Source: a virus (lineage: Duplodnaviria; Caudoviricetes). Taken from it: 64,000 nucleotides of DNA. The number at the start of each line of letters is the position of its first letter. Positions within the stretch are counted from its first letter, which is position 1. Where the stretch lies: the IMG/VR virus record IMGVR_UViG_3300028048_002144. The stretch is one strand, 5' to 3'. A program made the position numbers and the translations under genes. Of the stretch, positions 41,067-50,359 are shown in pieces. The notes beneath the pieces were generated by a model. The model ran no database searches and had not been told where the DNA came from. It worked only from the letters and a program-made list of their open reading frames with translations.

Positions 41067-41822
41067 TTACTGGTTTTCAGGTCCTTCTGTTGCATCCCAG
41101 TATCTTCCAAGATTTCGGATATCACCTAAATCACCAAAGATTGGATCCGTTCTAAACCTTTTCATAGGTCTTTCCATTTTATTCTGCAAGTCAATGAGTT
41201 TATCCCAATATTCCGGCATATACTTCCAGATATTATGGAGTTCTTTCTGGTTCTTATTACAACAGCACCAGCATGAAACTCTATCTAATAAAGTATATAA
41301 GTCTGGTCTATTCTCATCTTCTGTCCAATGGATTTCATGTTCCCAACAATAATTTAGAGCTTCGGATTCTATAACGCCCCATTCTGCTAATGGTGCTCTT
41401 TTATAGTCTTCCATTCGCTCTAATCTTTTTGGCTCATCAGCTGCGATTCCAATATATACAATAGCATCATTCTCTTTAGCATATCTATCTAGTGCAGTTA
41501 ATTTATCTCTAGTTCCCCAGCGACAAAGACCTCCGCACCAACCATAGCCAAGATGATCGCCTTTCTGCTTTGAATGTACTGGTTTTTCAAGCATATCATA
41601 CATAAATGGTCTTTCTGGTTTTAACTCAATATACTTAATGTTATGTTCTTCAAGTATCGGTAGAATCTGATCACGCACATGATAGATAGCGTTAAATTCA
41701 ACGCCAGTATCATAGTACATAACTTCATCAAGTGGATACCCTTTCTCAATTAACATAAGTAACATTGCTACTGAATCTTTTCCAAATGATACACTTGCTA
41801 CATATTTAGTTTTGTTTGTCAT
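41067..41822 (-). CDS. PAPS-reductase-like (adenine nucleotide alpha-hydrolase) protein
   Basis: PP-loop SFGKDS, WCGGLC, GIAADE.KR, RVSCWCC. Confidence 0.85.
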   Translation of the reverse strand: MTNKTKYVASVSFGKDSVAMLLMLIEKGYPLDEVMYYDTGVEFNAIYHVRDQILPILEEHNIKYIELKPERPFMYDMLEKPVHSKQKGDHLGYGWCGGLCRWGTRDKLTALDRYAKENDAIVYIGIAADEPKRLERMEDYKRAPLAEWGVIESEALNYCWEHEIHWTEDENRPDLYTLLDRVSCWCCCNKNQKELHNIWKYMPEYWDKLIDLQNKMERPMKRFRTDPIFGDLGDIRNLGRYWDATEGPENQ

Positions 41823-42050
41823 AACACACCACTACACAAATACTGCGTAAGTGGATAGTTTAGGGATTGCTCTTATACGAATAGGATCATTTCTGGATTC
41901 CTATCCTTATAGCCACGATGCGCTTAACTACATACAGTTATAATCTCGTGTTATCCGTCTTTCGACACCAAATTATAATTAAGTAGTTAAGGACTACTTT
42001 ACGAACCTTCATCGTATTCTCCAAGGCTCAACCTGGTTTACCAGGATTCG
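41823..42050 (-). promoter_or_regulatory. Structured 230-nt leader of the PAPS-reductase-like gene
   Basis: Several nested inverted repeats capped by a GAAA tetraloop; no canonical SD at the start codon. Confidence 0.5.
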
Positions 42051-42052
42051 TG

Positions 42053-42484
42053 TTATTCCTTTCTTTTATCCTTTATTGTTTTATCCTTCTCTGGTTTTGA
42101 AATAATACCATTATCAATCAATTCGTTTAGATATTTGATAAATTTAACCTGAATATCTAAATCGTCCTTGTTTTCAATCTCTTTTGGATCATAAAACTTA
42201 TTGAACTTATAACCGCACATTCCTTCATGACTAGAGAAATTAAAATCTATTTTGCCATCTTCATAAAATCCAACCCAAAATTCATCTTCATAGTCGTAAC
42301 ACATCATAGTACAAGAATGTTCCGTATGGCACCAACATGGTTTGTGCATAGCTTTATTGAACCATGTTTTCTTTTTTAATTTTTCCCAATCTAATACTTT
42401 CAGTGTCTTGATATTCTTCGGTGTAAGATTATATTTGTTAGGATATTGTTCAATTAAGTCAAAATTCATATATCTTTTGGACAT
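42053..42484 (-). CDS. Hypothetical protein
   Basis: ORF with SD. Confidence 0.65.
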   Translation of the reverse strand: MSKRYMNFDLIEQYPNKYNLTPKNIKTLKVLDWEKLKKKTWFNKAMHKPCWCHTEHSCTMMCYDYEDEFWVGFYEDGKIDFNFSSHEGMCGYKFNKFYDPKEIENKDDLDIQVKFIKYLNELIDNGIISKPEKDKTIKDKRKE

Positions 42485-42588
42485 ATAATTAACTTTTCCT
42501 TTCTGTTTGTTTTATTTTCTACTTTTTCATATACTTTTATTTCTTTTTTGATATGATATGAGATTAATAGTTAATAGCTTCTCATTTA

Positions 42589-43353
42589 TTAAACAAAGAG
42601 ATTAAAAGCTTCTTGTTCATTAATAAAAAAATGAATTCCTTCTGCACATTCGTCAAAACGGTCTTCACAAAAGTTTGGTTCTTCTACTATTTTGCCAACT
42701 TGATAAACAAATGAGTTGTCATAGATTGAATATGCCTTTTTATAACTTTTTTCACCATTTAACGATTTAATTTCAAGAACCTTTGCTTTATTGCAGCGAC
42801 ATTTTCTATTGGTACCACTAGAGCGTTTAGCATCTTCTGGAATTTCTAATTTGACCATACATTCTGTTAATCCAAACCCTCTTTCTTTGCAATAAGCTTT
42901 TTTCCAGCCGATAAAAGAACCTTCTTCTGGGCAGACCATTGGGATATAGGGTATGTTTTTAGTTGTACATAATACCGCACCATGTACGTCTGCGTTACGT
43001 AACTCAGCATAATGCAAGTCAGCATAACTAAGGTTTGCACAACATAAGTCTGCCCCACGCAATATAGCGTAAGTCAAGTCTGTAGCACGCAAGTCTGCAC
43101 AACACAAGATAGCGCCTCGAAAGTCAACAGCACGTAAATCCGCATTACGCAAATCCGCATTACACAAGTCTGTACCTCGCAAGTCTGCACCATACAAAAT
43201 AACTTCCCGTAAATCTGCCTCACGCAAATTGTAGTTGCGTAAGTTAAGCTGATGTAAGTCCTCACCACGCAGATTAGCACGTTCACCGTCTTTGTTACCA
43301 CGTATCCACTTTTTGTGTTTTTTCATAATTTCATTTAATGTCTTTTGATCCAT
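42589..43353 (-). CDS. Pentapeptide-repeat protein with DUF5758-like C-terminus
   Basis: A(D/N)Lxx repeats; CPEEGSFIGWKK, IPEDAKRSS..RKCR, CAEGIHFF. Confidence 0.88.
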   Translation of the reverse strand: MDQKTLNEIMKKHKKWIRGNKDGERANLRGEDLHQLNLRNYNLREADLREVILYGADLRGTDLCNADLRNADLRAVDFRGAILCCADLRATDLTYAILRGADLCCANLSYADLHYAELRNADVHGAVLCTTKNIPYIPMVCPEEGSFIGWKKAYCKERGFGLTECMVKLEIPEDAKRSSGTNRKCRCNKAKVLEIKSLNGEKSYKKAYSIYDNSFVYQVGKIVEEPNFCEDRFDECAEGIHFFINEQEAFNLFV

Positions 43354-43569
43354 ATTTATTACACTTTCTATTCTTCTTAATAATTAGGTTTATAATTATC
43401 TTTTATAATTTTTACTGTTCACACCATGTTGTAGCTGCTGTAACTACCATCTTCATTTCTTCGTCTGTTAATGGTTTTAGCGTACACATAGTAGAACAAT
43501 TTATATCAATTGCTCCGACTCTATAAAGTCGAAGTGTAAGTTTTGCCTTCTCTTTAATACAAATAGCTA

Positions 43570-44463
43570 CTATATCATCTCTTCCTTAGCAATTTGTTCA
43601 AAATCTTCCCATGTTAGTTCTTTTAACTTTTCATCAAGAACTTTATTAGCGTATTCATTATCGTCTTCGCAGCAGATTTCAATATCTGTAAAACGCTCTT
43701 TGCGAACAGTATCATCCATAATATATTCACGTAGCTGTTCAATATACTGCTTTCCTACTGCACTCGAACAAACACGATTCTTATCGTTACTTAATTTTTC
43801 TTCAAAAACTCTATACGAATCTGGGAAATATTTGCCATATTTCTCAAAGAATTGTTTTTGTTTATTAGTAGATTCACCAAGCATTGCCTTTTCAAATATA
43901 AAATTATTGTTCTTTTTAATTGTTTTTCCATCAAATGTAAAAACATCAATATGTGTAGAGGTATCTGGGTGATAAATATTATCAGATAAGCCACATTCAG
44001 GCTCATATTTGTATTCAATCTTTATATGCAATTCGTTATCAATTTTACAATATGATGTTTTTGTAATAATAGCAGACGGTTCTATGCCACCACCTTCTAG
44101 CTCATCAATTTCGTGCTGAAGTTTGAAAGCTTTTATTGCTATATAATGCATTTTGCTTATAGGATATTCTTTATACTTACTCTTTTTAGTCTGCTTATTA
44201 TTGATTTCTTCCACGATATAGTAATGTTTTGCACCGTATCGTCCATGACTCATTGCATATTTATCACGTTGTGATCCTGCAGCCCATATTGAAACGAAAG
44301 ATACATCTGCATCAATAACGTCTCGTTTTAAGGCTTTTCGAATAACTACATTCTTTCCTTCAAAAAACTTATTTACCGCTTCATTCATTGTTTTTGCTTC
44401 TATAACAATGACATCAGGACAATAAGTTTCTTTTCCATGGAACTCTAATTCATACTTATTCAT
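43570..44463 (-). CDS. Hypothetical protein
   Basis: ORF with SD AAAGGAG. Confidence 0.65.
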   Translation of the reverse strand: MNKYELEFHGKETYCPDVIVIEAKTMNEAVNKFFEGKNVVIRKALKRDVIDADVSFVSIWAAGSQRDKYAMSHGRYGAKHYYIVEEINNKQTKKSKYKEYPISKMHYIAIKAFKLQHEIDELEGGGIEPSAIITKTSYCKIDNELHIKIEYKYEPECGLSDNIYHPDTSTHIDVFTFDGKTIKKNNNFIFEKAMLGESTNKQKQFFEKYGKYFPDSYRVFEEKLSNDKNRVCSSAVGKQYIEQLREYIMDDTVRKERFTDIEICCEDDNEYANKVLDEKLKELTWEDFEQIAKEEMI

Positions 44464-44478
44464 TTATATCTCCTTTAA

Positions 44479-44901
44479 TTAAAGCTCACTATAAAGATTG
44501 TGGCCAAATAAATCATGGCATTCTGAACACAACACATCTTTATTCGCCCCTTCTGCAACTGTTCCACAATATTTACAGAAATGACGATCCTTCGCTTCTG
44601 CAATCTGGATTCGCTTTAAATTCGAATATTCCGAATCTAGTGCCTCTCGAATCTCATTCTCGGATTCAGCTTCCCAATTCTCCCATTCAATTGTCTGTCC
44701 ATTCTGTTTCGTAATTGATACGATATAATCTGTAGTGCGCAAAAACTGATCATACAGAGGCTGAGCCTTTGTAATAAATTCGTCTAAATTCGCATCACTT
44801 AATCGAGATAGCTTTGATTTCGGAATCTTCTTTCCATTCTTTTTTGCTATAAAATTCTCGTGAATGAATCGTATCTTTGTTGCTCTATTATTTCTTCTCA
44901 T
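44479..44901 (-). CDS. Hypothetical protein with C-terminal zinc finger
   Basis: CKYC...CSEC. Confidence 0.65.
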   Translation of the reverse strand: MRRNNRATKIRFIHENFIAKKNGKKIPKSKLSRLSDANLDEFITKAQPLYDQFLRTTDYIVSITKQNGQTIEWENWEAESENEIREALDSEYSNLKRIQIAEAKDRHFCKYCGTVAEGANKDVLCSECHDLFGHNLYSEL

Positions 44902-45016
44902 TTATATTCTCCTTTCTTATCTATAAAAATCTATCTTTAATATGAATTATTTTTTGCACGAAAAAACCACCCAGATTACTCTGAGTGGTTTTATAATTCT
45001 TATATGAACTTACAAC

Positions 45017-45418
45017 TTATGCGAATGGGATTTCTTCTGTTACTCCTTCTGGAATATCAGTGAATTCTTCCTTTGCATCTTCCGCAGCCTTTTCTGTATT
45101 ATCAGAACTATGGTTCTTTCTCTCGCAGAATTCAAACGATTCTCCAAGGATTGAATTGCCATAGATCTTCTGGCCTTCCTTATTTGTGTAGTTGTTGTTT
45201 CTAAGGCTACCCTCAATAAGGATCTTTGAACCCTTCTTAAAATACTTAACTGCGTTTTCAGCAGCCTTACCGAAGAATGCAACTGTAAAGAAATCAGCTC
45301 CTTCTCCTCGAAGTCTTGGAACGATCAATGTTACGTTCGCAACAGCTGTATCCTTTCCAGTGTGTCTAAGTTCAAGCTTCTCTTCCTTTACGTATCCAGT
45401 TAACTGTACTCTGTTCAT
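45017..45418 (-). CDS. ssb: Single-stranded DNA-binding protein
   Basis: MNRVQLTG, ADFF..FGKAAE, KGSKILIEGSL, acidic tail ending EEIPFA. Confidence 0.92.
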   Translation of the reverse strand: MNRVQLTGYVKEEKLELRHTGKDTAVANVTLIVPRLRGEGADFFTVAFFGKAAENAVKYFKKGSKILIEGSLRNNNYTNKEGQKIYGNSILGESFEFCERKNHSSDNTEKAAEDAKEEFTDIPEGVTEEIPFA

Positions 45419-45477
45419 AATAATATGATTCCTTTCTGTTATTAAATATTATTGACTAGTTTTTATATGACAGAAAA

Positions 45478-45663
45478 TTATTCAAAAATTTCTGCCATTC
45501 TTTTGTACTTTTCTTCCTTCTTTTTATTTACAGCTTTAAAGTTCTTTCTAGGCTTGTACTTTTTACAGTTCTTACAAACCTTTTTCATGTCACTGGTCTT
45601 ACCCTTCTGACATGTTTCTCCAAAAGCTGTGTAATAAATACAAGGTGCTAATCTATCTTTCAT
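45478..45663 (-). CDS. Small Cys-rich basic protein
   Basis: CIYY..C..CKNC; SD GGAGG. Confidence 0.6.
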   Translation of the reverse strand: MKDRLAPCIYYTAFGETCQKGKTSDMKKVCKNCKKYKPRKNFKAVNKKKEEKYKRMAEIFE

Positions 45664-45732
45664 AACAAGTCCTCCGTCTAGTGTTTTTACATTATTAATA
45701 TGACTGATAATGCTTACTATTAGTGAAAATTA

Positions 45733-46629
45733 TTACGATTTTTCTAATCCTAACCATTCAGCAATTGTCATTTGCCTATATTCACTAGGATTATCTTCTT
45801 TTTCTTTTAAAGTGAGTTCTTTTACTATCTGATCTCTTTCAGCTAATGTCTGTTTAGAAAAACAATTCCATTTTGGATATGCAAGATTAGGTGTTTTCTC
45901 AAGTGCTACATATTCATTCCAAATATTAGGCATCTTTTCATATATCATTCTATGCTCACATAATTTAGCGTTAGGGCAGAACCAACATCCATCTCTCGTT
46001 ACTCCTGGTAATGTATATTGTGGTGATACCATATCGTATTTTTCACATAACCTATATGCATCTTTCTCTGTATATCCATACTTGTCTAACAAAGAAAACG
46101 TATTAGGCTGTTTATACAAGGATTCGAGGCGTTTTGGTTCATCTAATGCTATTCCTACGTATTGGATACTATTGTTTTTGATATTAGCTTTTTCCCAGTC
46201 TTTTATTGGCTTTAATTTGCAATCTCTTTTGATTGCGCACATACCACTAGGGACAAATCCCCATGTTTTTCCAACTCTTTCTGGATCTGGGCTTCTAGAT
46301 AGTTTATGGTAGAAATTACTTAAAAAGTCTTTTTTAGCTCGTAGAATTTTTACTTCATATCCCCATGATTCAAATACTTTTTTCTTTTCATATATGAACT
46401 TTATTATATCTGGATTATGTCCAGATATATTTCTCTTTAAGTCATACATTACTTCAGCAAAAAGTATTGTTACTTTATCACCAGGATTCATTAGTTCTTT
46501 CTCATGCTCATGGAACAATATTACTGTGGCAGTAGAATCCTTGCCACCGGACCATGAAATAACATGATTAACAGGTTCTGAATTAAGATGTGAGTTTTTA
46601 GTAGCTTCAAATGTCTGTAACATGTACAA
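45733..46629 (-). CDS. Second PAPS-reductase-like protein (start uncertain)
   Basis: SWSGGKDS, C..DCK, GIALDEPKR, RDGCWFC. Confidence 0.85.
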   Translation of the reverse strand: MYMLQTFEATKNSHLNSEPVNHVISWSGGKDSTATVILFHEHEKELMNPGDKVTILFAEVMYDLKRNISGHNPDIIKFIYEKKKVFESWGYEVKILRAKKDFLSNFYHKLSRSPDPERVGKTWGFVPSGMCAIKRDCKLKPIKDWEKANIKNNSIQYVGIALDEPKRLESLYKQPNTFSLLDKYGYTEKDAYRLCEKYDMVSPQYTLPGVTRDGCWFCPNAKLCEHRMIYEKMPNIWNEYVALEKTPNLAYPKWNCFSKQTLAERDQIVKELTLKEKEDNPSEYRQMTIAEWLGLEKS

Positions 46630-46724
46630 ACATTCAATCGCATATATAGAAGCGTGGATGATAGGCTACTCAACAAGTTCTTTCATCCTTAATGCTTACT
46701 ATTCCTCACCTTAAACAATCTTTC

Positions 46725-47078
46725 CTATATGGCGATTGCTACCTCCTCATTAGTATTTTTTAACATCTTAATTCTCTGTCGAACTATACGTAGTTCTACT
46801 ACACTTTTCTGTCTTCTTTTACGATCCATTCGTAAGGACTCTTTATCAAAACCTACCAGGCTTCGATTCTGATCTAGCTGCAAATCAATGATAGTATCAT
46901 AATCTGCAATACTCTCTACTAATTCCTCTTCTAATGAACACAGTTCATCATAATTCATCGTAGAAATATCTTTTGTCTCATTTCCGCATGCAAATTCTTC
47001 ATCTGTGAAAATCATTACATTTTTATCTGATTCGTCAAATGGAATTAACACCGGATTTTTCTTTTTATGTTTCTTCAT
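46725..47078 (-). CDS. Hypothetical protein
   Basis: Motif + SD cassette upstream. Confidence 0.65.
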   Translation of the reverse strand: MKKHKKKNPVLIPFDESDKNVMIFTDEEFACGNETKDISTMNYDELCSLEEELVESIADYDTIIDLQLDQNRSLVGFDKESLRMDRKRRQKSVVELRIVRQRIKMLKNTNEEVAIAI

Positions 47079-47264
47079 TTCGTTCTCCTTTCTAACTTAA
47101 ATAGTTATTTTTAATATGAATTATTTTTAGCAATAAAAAACCAGGTACAGATTAAATGTGTCTAGTTTAAATATTGTCTTTCGAGATTATTGTGTTGAAT
47201 GAATTTACGAATTTTTCATCTGTCATATTAAATACGTTTGAAATCGAAAGAATTGGAGTACAAA

Positions 47265-47453
47265 ATGGAAAATGCTAGTTTTAATTTCGTATTGACGTTA
47301 GATGCTTATTTAAAAAATGGTCATGTTGTGACGTTTTCTCCTAATAAGTCTCTTTGTAGAATTATAGAGATCTTATGGGATAAAAAAGAATTAGTTTTAT
47401 TAGATCAGAGAGGAAAATTATTTTTATCTCATTTCTCTAATATTTCTTTATAG
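47265..47453 (+). CDS. Small hypothetical protein
   Basis: GTCATATT at 47222 and GGAG before ATG 47265. Confidence 0.5.
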   Translation: MENASFNFVLTLDAYLKNGHVVTFSPNKSLCRIIEILWDKKELVLLDQRGKLFLSHFSNISL

Positions 47454-47591
47454 GCAGCAGCGTGTATACGAAAAATAAAAGACTACCTTCCAGGTATTCC
47501 TGGTTGGTAGTCTTTTTTAGATTGTTCTTTTAGGTTTTCAGGGAATTATTGTTACTTTTATTATATAGATAAAACACAAATTCTAAAAGTA

Positions 47592-47798
47592 TTACTTTTT
47601 TGTATTTAGTTCATGCAGCTCATCTGCAATGATTGATAATGACTCCCCAATATTAAGAAGTGCTTCTAGCATCGGATCTCCTGCACTACTTCGTACATTT
47701 CTCGCAAACTTAATTGTTTTATCGTGCATAGAAACATATTCCTTTTGTTCTCGCTTCTCTTTCCCGATTGTATGAGTTTTTCTTTTATTAGTTTCCAT
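47592..47798 (-). CDS. Small hypothetical protein
   Basis: Coupled to the upstream ORF. Confidence 0.55.
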   Translation of the reverse strand: METNKRKTHTIGKEKREQKEYVSMHDKTIKFARNVRSSAGDPMLEALLNIGESLSIIADELHELNTKK

Positions 47799-47802
47799 TT
47801 TT

Positions 47803-48354
47803 CTATACCTTTTCTAAATCTCTGTCGCATACAGTTGTTTGGTTATATTTATTTTCAGATACTTTATAGACAATACCGCTCCTCGTTACCGAAACTTCGT
47901 CTACAGTGTATTTTCGTTCTGGATCATATTTTAGTCTTACAGAATCTCCAGGTAAAAATCTGCAGGACAAATGCTGTTTTAATGATGATTCATCGTTATT
48001 TTTGGCATTTCTTTTGTTTACCTTTGTTGGCTCTGCCACTTTTTCTACTGTTTTCTTTGGCTTTGCTGCATCGTCTTTATTTTTAGTATTCGTAGTTTTC
48101 TCTTTTGTTTTAGTGGCTGATTTAACTGCCTTAACTTCCGGTTTATTACTTGCTGACTTAGTTTCCTTTTTGTCAGTTTCCTTTTTACCTCTTCTTTTCC
48201 TTTCTTTTTCGGTAATCTTGTTATTATCATCAATAAACAGCCTTACAATTTTATCTTCAAGTTCTATTCTGGCAGTATCATCTTCTATTTCAAATTTAAG
48301 TGCATTAACATAATTTTTTTCAATATATTTTTTGAGCCATGTTTCTTTTTTCAT
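47803..48354 (-). CDS. Lys-rich protein with C-terminal SH3/KOW-like segment
   Basis: Start moved to MKKETW behind GAAAGGA; FLPGDSVRLK. Confidence 0.55.
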   Translation of the reverse strand: MKKETWLKKYIEKNYVNALKFEIEDDTARIELEDKIVRLFIDDNNKITEKERKRRGKKETDKKETKSASNKPEVKAVKSATKTKEKTTNTKNKDDAAKPKKTVEKVAEPTKVNKRNAKNNDESSLKQHLSCRFLPGDSVRLKYDPERKYTVDEVSVTRSGIVYKVSENKYNQTTVCDRDLEKV

Positions 48355-48358
48355 ATAA

Positions 48359-48532
48359 TTATCCTTTCGAAAATTTGAGTTCACATCTATACGAGCAAAA
48401 TATAGGGCTAATCCCATGTTTGTATTTATTATTCATCTCTTTCGATGACAATGCAAATTTTTGTTTACAACAAGGGCAAGTTAAGATTTCTCCTGTCCCT
48501 GTATAATTTTTAGGATGTAAAATTATGTCCAT
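48359..48532 (-). CDS. 57-aa zinc-finger microprotein (not in the ORF track)
   Basis: MDIILHPKNYTGTGEILTCPCCKQKF...PIFCSYRCELKFSKG; fills the gap between its neighbours. Confidence 0.6.
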   Translation of the reverse strand: MDIILHPKNYTGTGEILTCPCCKQKFALSSKEMNNKYKHGISPIFCSYRCELKFSKG

Positions 48533-48544
48533 ACGTTTTCTCTC

Positions 48545-49549
48545 TTAATTTTCTAGAATTGTAATGTTATAAAACTCGGGTAACATTAAATCTATTTTTT
48601 TCTTATCTTTTAAAGTTACTACCACTGGTCTCAATACATTTTCAGCTCGGTTTTTTACAACTCTGGCCTCTTCTCCAGTTGATAATTTAACTGTGGTTCC
48701 TACTGGGTATACAACAACATATTTAATGAATGTTTCTACTACGTCAAAATTAAACATGATTCCGCAATTACCCATTAAGTATTCAATAGACTCTTTAGCA
48801 TCGTATTTCTCTTTATACGCCCTTTTAGAACATAAAGCGTCATATACGTCTGCTACATGTATTATTTTGGCTACAAGAGGAATTTTAAGGCCTTTGAGTT
48901 TATTAGGATATCCACTACCATCTTCATTCTCGTGGTGGCACAGAACGCCTGCTCTTGAAGATGCATTGATAAGAGTATTATCATACAGCATGTTATATCC
49001 TAATTCTGGGTGGGTATTGATAATTGCTCGTTCTTCTGGTGTTAATCTACCAGGCTTATCTAAAATATCTTTTGATATTGCAGTTTTACCTATATCATGG
49101 AATAACGATCCAATAGCTAATTCATTTAACTCTTTATTATTAAGTCCCATACCTATTCCACATGCTATAGCCAACATACATACATTAACACTATGCTCAT
49201 ATGTATTCTGATGATAATTTTGGATAGTATTCATATCTAGCAAAATTTCATCTTCTTTCATCATTTTATCTACAATATCATTAGCTAAAAATATTACCTT
49301 ATCTATTGATAAACTCTGTAATGCGTTGACCAGTTCATGTCGCTTTTCATCTGAGATAATATCTTTTAATTCTTCATATTCCGAAAATTCATCGAATACA
49401 TATATCCCAGAAATCTTGTTCTTTTTTAACTGCTTAATTAATGATGTAGTAAGTTTTTTGTTTGCTGCTAATAACAGCTTATCTTTATGATACAGTGATT
49501 TTACACTAATCATATTTGGTTTTAGTTCGTCTATTCTTACAAATCGCAT
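48545..49549 (-). CDS. HD-GYP domain cyclic-dinucleotide phosphodiesterase
   Basis: HSVNV, HDIGK, HHENEDGSGYP, ADVYDAL..R.YK, YPVGT.V.LSTGE. Confidence 0.92.
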   Translation of the reverse strand: MRFVRIDELKPNMISVKSLYHKDKLLLAANKKLTTSLIKQLKKNKISGIYVFDEFSEYEELKDIISDEKRHELVNALQSLSIDKVIFLANDIVDKMMKEDEILLDMNTIQNYHQNTYEHSVNVCMLAIACGIGMGLNNKELNELAIGSLFHDIGKTAISKDILDKPGRLTPEERAIINTHPELGYNMLYDNTLINASSRAGVLCHHENEDGSGYPNKLKGLKIPLVAKIIHVADVYDALCSKRAYKEKYDAKESIEYLMGNCGIMFNFDVVETFIKYVVVYPVGTTVKLSTGEEARVVKNRAENVLRPVVVTLKDKKKIDLMLPEFYNITILEN

Positions 49550-49564
49550 AGATATTACCTTACT

Positions 49565-49822
49565 TTATCTATGTTGTCTTTTTCGGTTATTATACTGGGC
49601 ATGTAACATAGAAAATAATCTTCTTTCATTTTCCTTTTTAATTTTTTCGGCTTTTACCTGTTCGAGTTCTTTTTGCTTGTTCTCTATCTTCTTTCTTTTC
49701 TCATCAGGATATACTTCTAAAGCCTTTCGCTCGATGATATATTTCCCTACCGAACTAGATAGAGTTTTATGATTGTCTTTTGACAATTCTCGTATTAATT
49801 CATTTCGTCTATCATTGTTCAT
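49565..49822 (-). CDS. Hypothetical protein
   Basis: First gene after the motif at 49864. Confidence 0.55.
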   Translation of the reverse strand: MNNDRRNELIRELSKDNHKTLSSSVGKYIIERKALEVYPDEKRKKIENKQKELEQVKAEKIKKENERRLFSMLHAQYNNRKRQHR

Positions 49823-49940
49823 AAATACCTCAAAAAATTAATAAATCATAAAGTTTCAATATTAATATGACAGTTAGCAAAGTATATCCTGCCTTTTTTC
49901 GCACAAAAAACGAGGAGATTTCTCTCCTCGCTTTTCTTTT

Positions 49941-50084
49941 TTACATGTTATATGCTTTTTTATATTCTTCCCAGGCTTTATTTTCTTCTTCTGTCTGGGT
50001 ATATGTGTTTTCTCCAATTTTACCAGTCTTGCAAACCTTGTCTTCTTCTAAGACCTTTTCAATGTCCTTTTCTAAAACTTTCAT
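49941..50084 (-). CDS. 47-aa hypothetical protein (not in the ORF track)
   Basis: MKVLEKDIEKVLEEDKVCK...AYNM; own motif (50139), SD GAAAGGT and terminator. Confidence 0.55.
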   Translation of the reverse strand: MKVLEKDIEKVLEEDKVCKTGKIGENTYTQTEEENKAWEEYKKAYNM

Positions 50085-50165
50085 GTCTAAGTTACCTTTC
50101 TAGTTATTTATTGGTTTATTATTGAAGTCTTCACTATTAATATGAAAGATTAATGAAACTACGTT

Positions 50166-50357
50166 TTACTCTTTAATATCAATAAGTAATCCATACTTGT
50201 CTGCGATAGTTTTATTGACTATAATTCTATCTTTTTCAAGCGTTACAATTGCTTCTTCTGTGCCAAAGTATTTCCTGCCGCTTTTCCGAATTAGTAATTC
50301 TTTAGAATCAAATGTAACTCCAACTAAATCTTTTACAATTTTTGTTGTCTGTAGCAT
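50166..50357 (-). CDS. Small hypothetical protein
   Basis: Coupled to ligA. Confidence 0.55.
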   Translation of the reverse strand: MLQTTKIVKDLVGVTFDSKELLIRKSGRKYFGTEEAIVTLEKDRIIVNKTIADKYGLLIDIKE

Positions 50358-50359
50358 AT

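Noticed and set aside
43412-43580. Open frame after ORF 43570 (DDIVAICIKEKAKL...WCEQ)
   Set aside because: No supported start; probably a gene remnant.
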